Part shown: piece by piece, positions 8,187-15,777 of the stretch | How positions within the stretch are numbered: the first letter of the stretch is position 1 | Layout: every line of letters starts with the position of its first letter | Assembly: GCA_002457275.1 (NCBI GenBank) | Contig: NTKD01000003.1 | Span: 14,289 to 38,288, forward strand | Direction of reading: 5' to 3' | From: OM182 bacterium MED-G24 | GTDB taxonomy: Bacteria; Pseudomonadota; Gammaproteobacteria; Pseudomonadales; Azotimanducaceae | Length of the DNA: 24,000 nt | Position numbers and translations under genes: made by a program | Notes under the pieces: generated by a model | Databases searched by the model: none | What the model saw: only the letters and a program-made list of their open reading frames with translations | What the model was told of the DNA's origin: nothing

Positions 8187-10526
8187 CTATCCAGGCGTCA
8201 GCAGTTGCTGCGCTTCGGCATCGGCAACAATGTCCTCCCACTCCCACAGCTGAGGAATCGTCTCAACATCGGCCCACAACGTGGCCTGATCAGCGTAATG
8301 ACGACTACCCGGATGACCTGATGCGCCGAGTGGCACGATCCAGCGGGATCGCCGCCAGTCAGCCGGATCGTGGATATAACGATTCACGGACATCAGCACG
8401 GAGGTATAACGGTCAACCTGTGAATAGGCCCCCGCCAACGGGGTGTCAGCGTCCCCATGAACCCGCATCGAGGGTGGGTCCAGCTTCGTAGCATCATCAG
8501 GAAACGCTTTTGACAGGGGGTGTCTTGGTTTTGTCCGGTGGACTTCGCCCCAGAGCCAGGTCGTTGGATCCTGCCCCATCCCATCAACAAGTGATCCTAT
8601 CGCGACTGTGAACGTACGCGACATCACAGTAGACCAGTCGTCACCCGACCGAAGTACAGATATATCGTCATTCTCAAGCGCCTTGAGCCCACGACTGAAT
8701 ACACCTCCTGCGTGGGCGGCTGCACCCTTACCGACGCCTAATGCGGTCCCGCGGGTTTCATCGGCCAGTTCCCCAAAAGCGACCTGGATCAGTTCGGCAA
8801 AGACCGCCAGGCGCCAGGCGCTGTAGATCGTGGGGGCTGCCAGATCGCGGTCCATTTCCCCATTCCAAGCCATGAGCAGCTCGCAGGCGACCTTCTCTGC
8901 AATCGTGACCGGTGTAACAACACTCAGTCGTTGCGTAAACAGCAGCGATGGCAGCGACAGTCGGTCTGCGTGGATCGATGCCATTTCAGATACACCAGCA
9001 CTGCCAGGCGCGATCTCTTCGATACGTGTCGTGACCCGTCGGGCACGCCAGTCGGGTGCAAACGATGTACTGATGTAGTGCGGGTAATCTGCCGTGGTCG
9101 GCGCATTATTACAGGTCACGACAAAACCTGATTCGGGATTGCGTATTGCAGGCAACTCATCAAAGGGTATTTCTCCCTGCCATTCATAGTCATCTTCCCA
9201 ACCTGCGACGGGCGTCCAGGCATTGTCGTTGTGTCGAATCGGAATGCGACCCCGATATCGGTACCCATACTCTCCGTGGACGTCTGCGTAAACAAAGTTG
9301 TTCACCGGCTCTGTCCAGTCCGCAACCGCCTCTTCCACCTCGTCAGCATTTTTCGCATGCAGCAGATCGTAAACCGTATTGATCCACGGTGTACCCGACT
9401 CCGTTCCTGTATGTCGAAACGCCAGGCCATACCCTTTCGATGGATCCCCCGCCACGATCGGACCATGTCGTGTTTCGACCACCGGTATGGTTTCGTCGAC
9501 GTCGCCACGGACTTCGATGTGTTCGTCGCGCACATCAGCCGCCAACCAATCCTCACCACGGGCATACTGCAGCTGCCGGACTTCGGTTCGGAATCTCTCG
9601 ATATAGAGGTCCTGATAGTCTGCCATCCCATGTGTCATTCCCCACGCCGCGTAGTCCGTATGGCTAAAATGTGGCATGCCCGGCACGCCAGGTACGGAAA
9701 AACCGCTACATCGGAACGAAGGACAGGACACGTGGTTCTGGTAGTAGACACTGGGCGTGTCCAGCGCACGGTGTGAGTCACCTGCGACCAGGGGCAACCC
9801 CGACGCAGTTCTCTCACCAGAGATCACCCACGCATTGCTACCGGCATCCATTTCTCCCAGTTGTCCGAGCGCCTCGGCAGCTCTCGCGAAACTGCCAAGC
9901 ACATCAGGTGCCAAGCCACCATAGGTCTGAAGGGGTGGCGTCGACACCAGGCTGTCGTCCGGGTATCCCTTGAACAACGCGGCAGATCGCTCTGCACCCA
10001 ATATCTGCGTCAAACGCGCACGCCACAACTTTCCTTCATAGGACCCCATCAGCATATTGCGAACTTTGTATACAGCCAGGCAATGCCACGGTTCCCAGGG
10101 ATCTGGTCCAACACCCAGTAGCTGGTACTCCACGGGCAAGGTGGCTGTTGAACTGATGAACGCGTTGACCCCCGAGCAATACGCGGTGATCATTGCCGTC
10201 GCGTCCTCACTACTGACTGACAGGTCTGCCAGAGCGGCAGCTTCGAGCCCCATGGTACGCATGAGACGGTCTTCTATAAGGCCACTCGGACCAACCCACG
10301 ACGCCCATCGGCCCAACGCACGTTGGCGGTCATAGTCCATGTGCCACAATCGATCCTGCGCTGTCGCAAAGCCCTGGGCAAAGAAGGCATCGTGTTCGTT
10401 TCGCGCCCTGATATGCGGCACGCCAAATCGATCGCGAACGATCTCAACAGACTCCATGAGCCCATCGAGACGCAATGTAGAGGTGGTATCGGGCAGCGCC
10501 GAAAGAAGATCAGCTTCTGTCAACAT
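8187..10526 (-). CDS. penicillin acylase family protein (Ntn hydrolase, peptidase S45), no signal peptide
   Basis: 779 aa containing VEIVRDRFGVPHIRARNEHDAFFAQGFATAQDRLWHMD. The beta-subunit nucleophile context GSNAWVISGERTASGLPLVAGDSH is present. The N-terminus MLTEADLLSALPDTTSTLRLDG has no hydrophobic leader. Confidence 0.9.
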   Translation of the reverse strand: MLTEADLLSALPDTTSTLRLDGLMESVEIVRDRFGVPHIRARNEHDAFFAQGFATAQDRLWHMDYDRQRALGRWASWVGPSGLIEDRLMRTMGLEAAALADLSVSSEDATAMITAYCSGVNAFISSTATLPVEYQLLGVGPDPWEPWHCLAVYKVRNMLMGSYEGKLWRARLTQILGAERSAALFKGYPDDSLVSTPPLQTYGGLAPDVLGSFARAAEALGQLGEMDAGSNAWVISGERTASGLPLVAGDSHRALDTPSVYYQNHVSCPSFRCSGFSVPGVPGMPHFSHTDYAAWGMTHGMADYQDLYIERFRTEVRQLQYARGEDWLAADVRDEHIEVRGDVDETIPVVETRHGPIVAGDPSKGYGLAFRHTGTESGTPWINTVYDLLHAKNADEVEEAVADWTEPVNNFVYADVHGEYGYRYRGRIPIRHNDNAWTPVAGWEDDYEWQGEIPFDELPAIRNPESGFVVTCNNAPTTADYPHYISTSFAPDWRARRVTTRIEEIAPGSAGVSEMASIHADRLSLPSLLFTQRLSVVTPVTIAEKVACELLMAWNGEMDRDLAAPTIYSAWRLAVFAELIQVAFGELADETRGTALGVGKGAAAHAGGVFSRGLKALENDDISVLRSGDDWSTVMSRTFTVAIGSLVDGMGQDPTTWLWGEVHRTKPRHPLSKAFPDDATKLDPPSMRVHGDADTPLAGAYSQVDRYTSVLMSVNRYIHDPADWRRSRWIVPLGASGHPGSRHYADQATLWADVETIPQLWEWEDIVADAEAQQLLTPG

Positions 10527-10550
10527 GGCGACCTCTCTCGGCGTGAACCT

Positions 10551-10996
10551 TCAAAGAACTGTGTACGCAGGCTCGGCTTCATCATGACCGATCCATGTTG
10601 TTATGCGCCATCCCATATCGGTGAGTATCGTGACATAGGACGCGTAAAAGCGGTGGTATTCTTCACCGTTTTGGTTGAACCGACCACAGTCAACTGTGAC
10701 AACGCCGTCCTCTTGTCTGTCATCATCACATCGACAGCATGCAGCACACTGTTTTGGTAATCTTTTGGTAAAGATGCATGTGCACGCCGCCAGCGTTCGT
10801 CACTTTCTTCGATTGTTGAAACGGTGAATACGCGACCACGGCCCAGACTGACTAACGGCACATGGCAAAATGGTCTCAGCAATGACGGATCCCCCCTATG
10901 GAACGCCTCCCCAAAGGTGTCGCTATAGGTCCTGATGTGATCAGCGACCTGCCTCGCCAACACCTCGGATTCGGCAGATCGCTGTACGTTATCCAT
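10551..10996 (-). pseudogene. NTF2-like (SnoaL/DUF4440-like) protein with a frameshift
   Basis: Track ORF 10601-10996 ends in low-quality sequence (...TVKNTTAFTRPMSRYSPIWDGA). From about 10730 another minus frame reads DDDRQEDGVVTVDCGRFNQNGEEYHRFYASYVTILTDMGWRITTWIGHDEAEPAYTVL*, a typical NTF2-fold C-terminus, and stops at 10551-10553. The frame change lies near the GATGTGATGATGAC stretch (about 10721-10740). Confidence 0.5.
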
Positions 10997-11012
10997 CAGT
11001 CAGTGATATCAA

Positions 11013-11759
11013 CTACTTGATACCACCGATACCTGCCTTGATACCTTCCGCTGCCCAACCCTGCCACGGCAGCGTAAAGAACTGGAAGCCTTTTTCAATG
11101 AGTTCTGCCGGTGATATACCAGGAGGCACAAAAAACATACCTGGAGCCACGTTTGCTTTCTTGCAGGCTGCGCACACCTTGTCAAGCGCTTCGTGGTACT
11201 TGGGATTGGTATAGTCGAGTGGCACACCAAGGTTGATCGAAAGATCCGAGGGACCAATCAGCAACACATCGATCCCAGGGACCGCGAGAATATCGGCGAG
11301 GTTATCCATAGCCTCAACGGTCTCAACCATAGGGATAACAAGAACCTGTTCATTCACTGCGTCCATGTATTCTCGATAGTTCGAGAACTCGCCCCATTCA
11401 CCGCGCATACCTGCAGAACTACGTACTCCATCAAATGGATACTTGCAGTAGCTCACCATCCTGGCGGCTTCCTCGGCGGTATTGACCATTGGCACGATGA
11501 TTCCCTTGGCGCCGATATCAAGCGCATAGCAAACCTGATCTGCGACGTTCTCACCGACACGCACGATTGGCGTCGCTTTTCGTCTGCGCATCGAGGCCAA
11601 AGATGGACCCAGAGCCTTGATATCAACCGGTGAATGTTGTGTATCGAATAGCAGAAAGTCCAATCCTGAATCCGCCAGGAAACCAATTTCCTGGTCAGGA
11701 GACGGCGAAGTCCCCACAGCAGTTTGGCCTGCTCGCAGCATGTCTTTTACAGCATTCAT
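11013..11759 (-). CDS. HpcH/HpaI family aldolase
   Basis: 248 aa with the family blocks LDFLLFDTQHSP, IVRVGEN, GAKGIIVPMVNTAEEA, VIPMVETVEA and LLIGPSDLS. Confidence 0.85.
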   Translation of the reverse strand: MNAVKDMLRAGQTAVGTSPSPDQEIGFLADSGLDFLLFDTQHSPVDIKALGPSLASMRRRKATPIVRVGENVADQVCYALDIGAKGIIVPMVNTAEEAARMVSYCKYPFDGVRSSAGMRGEWGEFSNYREYMDAVNEQVLVIPMVETVEAMDNLADILAVPGIDVLLIGPSDLSINLGVPLDYTNPKYHEALDKVCAACKKANVAPGMFFVPPGISPAELIEKGFQFFTLPWQGWAAEGIKAGIGGIK

Positions 11760-11927
11760 CGTCGCTCCTTTACCGCTCTTTGGTCACCTGTTTCATTTTA
11801 CAAACCGATACGTCGAACGGACGTATCAGTATACGGGGCTGTGACTATAATACGGCCAGCCCCCATAATCGACCTGCCCTATGATGGCTGATCATTCCGC
11901 AAATCCCCTGCGTCAACCAGGAACAGA

Positions 11928-13349
11928 ATGAGTAATTCACAACGGACCATCGTCACAGACCTGGACGGCACCCCGATACGTACCGATATGCTGTTAGAGT
12001 CCTTGTTGGCGCTGATCAAGCAGAATTTGCTCTACGTGTTCATGGTCCCCTTCTGGTTGATTTGAGAACGCGCGTGGATGAAGTACCAGATTTCCAGACG
12101 CGTCACACTGGACGTCAGCGCCCTGCCATACCGCAGCGATCTCCTCGAATACCTAGAGGAACAGAAATCACTGGGTCAACCAGTGTGGCTGGCAACTGCA
12201 AGCCATCACTCCATCGCCACTCAGATCGCGGATCGCCTGGAAATTTTTGACAACGTTCCCGGTAGTTCCGAAAGCATCAAACTGAAAGGCAGCTGAAAGG
12301 CCGAACGTTTGTCGAGGGAACTCGACAGCTATACCTATGCTGGCGATAGTAAAGCAGACCTCCCTATCTGGAAGGCTGCGGACTCTGCTGTGTTCGTTGA
12401 CTTCCCAGACTCAGTCTCCCGACAGAATTCCAACCGAGAAAGTCGAGACGAGCTTCTATGAGGGAAAGAGAAGACACCTTACCGAACTCGTCAGTGCGTG
12501 CCGACCCCATCAATTGGAAAAAAATGCCTTAATATTCGTGCCACTCCTGACAGCGCACCTCTTTACTGAAATGAATTCACTGATCAGTTCCGTTTTGGCC
12601 TCCCTTGCGTTCGGGCTTTGCGCATCCAGCGTCTACCTGCTCACGATCTCCTGAATCTATCGGCAGACCGGCAGCATCGCACAAAGCGGGAACGACCCTT
12701 TGCCCGAGAATCACTGTCAGTTTCACGTGGGATTGCGGCAATTCCCGTGTTACTTGCCGCCGCCATCGCCATCACTTCGCAGCTGACATGGCAATTCGCG
12801 CTGGTCCTGGCGGCGCACTCGTGGCAACAACCTTGTATTCCTTTGTGCTCAAGTCGAAGGCGATTGTAGATGTCATTCTGCTTGCAGGTTTGTATACCAC
12901 CCGTATCGTCGCAGGCGCCGCATGTATCAACGTGATTCTATCGCACTGGCTGTTGGCACTCTCGATGTTCATTTTCCTGAGCCTAGCTTTGGTGAAACGC
13001 TACACAGAAATGTCAGAGTTGCAGGCAACAAGCACCACATCGACGGCCAAAGGTCGTGGTTACAGGCTCGACGATATCGAACTAATATCGATCGTGGGGC
13101 CTACCAGTGGTTACCTGTCGGTCCTTGTCTTTGCGCTGTACCTGAACAGCGACATCATCCAGTCACCCTACGAGACGCCCTATCTGATGTGCGCCCTGGT
13201 TGCTCGCTCATCGCAACGAAATGAATGACGACCCCGTCGTATTTGCGATCAAAGACTCCATCAGCCGCTACACGGTTATTGCTATCGGCCTCATCGCGGT
13301 TGCGTCCAAAATTCCCGCTGACACGATTTTGGGATTCTTAGAACCCTAG
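11928..13349 (+). pseudogene. HAD-phosphatase / UbiA-prenyltransferase fusion protein, heavily eroded
   Basis: The gene starts MSNSQRTIVTDLDGTPIRTDMLLESLLALIKQN (HAD DxDGT motif). In-frame TGA codons lie at 12063-12065 and 12294-12296. The homologous reading then hops frames at about 12425, 12640, 12810 and 13190. Recognisable segments are RPHQLEKNALIFVPLL, SSVYLL(N)DLLNLSADRQHRTKRERPFA, LAGLYTTRIVAGAA, FLSLALVKRY and LAHRNEMNDDPVVFAIKD. Confidence 0.8.
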
Positions 13350-14474
13350 GAGTCGTGCATACCGATCGCGGTGAAATGCCTGATTACCCCAGGCAGCTTC
13401 CAATGGTCGTGCACGCTTGAGATAGAGTCCCGCGTCGAACTCATCTGTCATGCCGATTCCTCCGTGAATCTGAATCAACTCATTGGACATATGGTGAATG
13501 AACTCACCTGTTCGTGTTTTTGACAAAGAGCACAGCTCCGGCACATCTTCACGGCCAGCGTCAATCGCCTGCAGAGCACCTTCCATGCAGGATCGCGTAA
13601 GCTCCATTTCTGTGAACAGGTCAGCGGCTCTATGGCCCAGGGCCTGGAACGAACCAATCACCTGACCAAACTGGACTCGTGTCTTCAGGTACTCAAGTGT
13701 CATATCAAACGCTTGCGCTGCCGTACCCATCATCTCAGCTGCAGTAGCGGCTCGAGCGCGATCAAGAATCTGTTCCAGGTGCACGTAAGCACTGTTAACT
13801 GATCCAAGGATCTGCTCCTCGCTGACCTTGACATCAGAAAAGGAGAGGCTGGCGTAGCCTCTACTGTCGACCGTACTGAGGGGAGAGAGCGTCAACCCTT
13901 CCGATTCGGCGTCAACAAGAACCAGTGTCATTCCATTCTCATCCCCAGCGTGCCCCGATGTTCGAACCGCAACCACAAAATGTGTCGCCGCCATTGCCTC
14001 GTGTACCATGGTCTTCTCACCGACAAGCGACAAGCCATCATCACGGCTCATCGCGGCCAGGCTCAATTGACGCGGATCGTGCCTCGGGCCCTCCTCAACT
14101 GCCAGCGTTACAACATTACTGCCATCTACCACGCCGGGAAGAATCCGTTGCTTTTGTTCATCAGAACCCGCAACGAGAAGCGCGGCCGCACCGATTCCCG
14201 CAGATGCCAGTAGCGGAGATGCCGTCAACTGTCTGCCGGTTTCTTCGAGCACGATACCGAGCGTCAGATATCCCAGCTCTGATCCGCCGTATTTCTCCGG
14301 GACCAGGATCCCAGTCCAACCCATATCAATCATCGCCTGCCAATCATCAGCGTGAAAAGACAGCGGCGCCTTTTCATCGCGCATCTGGCGGAATTTCCTG
14401 ACGGGGGACTGCTCAGTGACCCAGGCACGGGCCTGATCCCTTATCAGCGTTTGCTCTTCGGTGAGTGCGGCCAT
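13338..14474 (-). CDS. acyl-CoA dehydrogenase family protein
   Basis: 378 aa containing MGWTGILVPEKYGGSELGY and IQIHGGIGMTDEFDAGLYLKRA. Its start lies 5 nt after the stop of the upstream ACAD gene. Confidence 0.9.
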   Translation of the reverse strand: MAALTEEQTLIRDQARAWVTEQSPVRKFRQMRDEKAPLSFHADDWQAMIDMGWTGILVPEKYGGSELGYLTLGIVLEETGRQLTASPLLASAGIGAAALLVAGSDEQKQRILPGVVDGSNVVTLAVEEGPRHDPRQLSLAAMSRDDGLSLVGEKTMVHEAMAATHFVVAVRTSGHAGDENGMTLVLVDAESEGLTLSPLSTVDSRGYASLSFSDVKVSEEQILGSVNSAYVHLEQILDRARAATAAEMMGTAAQAFDMTLEYLKTRVQFGQVIGSFQALGHRAADLFTEMELTRSCMEGALQAIDAGREDVPELCSLSKTRTGEFIHHMSNELIQIHGGIGMTDEFDAGLYLKRARPLEAAWGNQAFHRDRYARLLGF

Positions 14475-14479
14475 CTGCT

Positions 14480-15697
14480 TTAACCCTTTTGAGTTGTCTC
14501 AGGGAGACCGAGTATATTTTTTGAAATGATGTTTTTCTGAACCTCGAAAGAACCGCCATAGATGGAAATCGCCTTTCCCGAAAGCCATCCGCGCACGGTC
14601 GCAAGTTCCTCCGGCGTGAAATCATCACCTTCCCAGCCAAGCCCCTGGTTCCCCATCATCTCAATCGTCAGTTCAGAGCGAACCTGCGCCACAATGGTCG
14701 CTGAGTTCTTCAGAATCGAGGCAGCAGCAGATACCTCCACTTTGCCCCTGGCTTCTTCACGAATTCGGCTGCCGGTCATGGCATGCGCCTTCGTCGCCAT
14801 GAGATGGGATGTCAGACGGGATCGCAGATCGGCATCTGCCAATTCGCCGCTCTCGGTGGTTCCAACATATTTCTTCGCCAGGTCCTGAATGGACAGCGCG
14901 GCGCTGCCACTGCCACTCGGCGCACCAGCCCCTGTCTGACTCTGACGTTCGTGTTGCAGCAGACGCTTCACCACACTCCAGCCATTGTTCAAAGGACCCA
15001 GCAGGTCATCTTTTTCAGCTCGTGCATCATCGAAGAACGTCTCGCAGAATGGGGAAGCGCCGCCTATCAGCTTGATGGGTCTGGTACGCACGCCTGGCTG
15101 ATCCATCTTCAACATCAGGAAACTGATGCCGTCTCTTTTTTTCGCGGACGCATCTGTGCGAACCAGCGCGCCGCACCACTGTGATCGATCAGCACCTGAA
15201 GTCCAGATCTTCTGGCCGTTGACGATCCAGGTGTCACCATCGTCCTGTGCCTTTGTCGTCAGAGAGGCAAGATCTGATCCTGCATTGGGTTCCGAGAGTC
15301 CCAGACACCATCGGACCGTTCCCGACGCGATTCCCGGAAGGTGCCTCAGTTTCTGATCCTCACTGCCGTACTCAAGTACGGTGGGACCAACCATGGTCAC
15401 ACCCATTCCTGCGAGACCTGGTATCGGATTGAAAGCACCAACGTTCGCCATCTCTCCCGACAAGACCGCTGCCTGACTATCGGACAATCCCGCACCGCCA
15501 TACTCCTTCGGCCACGTTGGCGCACCATATCCGGCATCCGCCAGGCTTTGCCGCCATTGTTCAGCATCTGCAGACAAACCGTTTTCGCTGAAAGCAGCTT
15601 CCATAATGCCCGCCGCGTTAGACTTTAGTGACGACGGAAAATGTTCAGAAAGCCAGGCCTGAACCTGGGTACGAAATGACGTGAGATCTTCAGCCAT
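14480..15697 (-). CDS. acyl-CoA dehydrogenase family protein
   Basis: Start chosen at ATG 15695-15697 (MAEDLTSFRTQVQAWL). Blocks WPKEYGGAGL, GLSEPNAGSDLASL, WIVNGQKIWTSGA and ISIYGGSFEVQKNIIS are present. The track's 27-codon 5' extension is unsupported. Confidence 0.88.
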   Translation of the reverse strand: MAEDLTSFRTQVQAWLSEHFPSSLKSNAAGIMEAAFSENGLSADAEQWRQSLADAGYGAPTWPKEYGGAGLSDSQAAVLSGEMANVGAFNPIPGLAGMGVTMVGPTVLEYGSEDQKLRHLPGIASGTVRWCLGLSEPNAGSDLASLTTKAQDDGDTWIVNGQKIWTSGADRSQWCGALVRTDASAKKRDGISFLMLKMDQPGVRTRPIKLIGGASPFCETFFDDARAEKDDLLGPLNNGWSVVKRLLQHERQSQTGAGAPSGSGSAALSIQDLAKKYVGTTESGELADADLRSRLTSHLMATKAHAMTGSRIREEARGKVEVSAAASILKNSATIVAQVRSELTIEMMGNQGLGWEGDDFTPEELATVRGWLSGKAISIYGGSFEVQKNIISKNILGLPETTQKG

Positions 15698-15777
15698 AGG
15701 TTTCTCTTTGGTGTGTTCTTGCCAAATTGTCCGGCCGTCATCATAACCCAGCCAGAACCGCTGCGGGGAAGCGAGCA

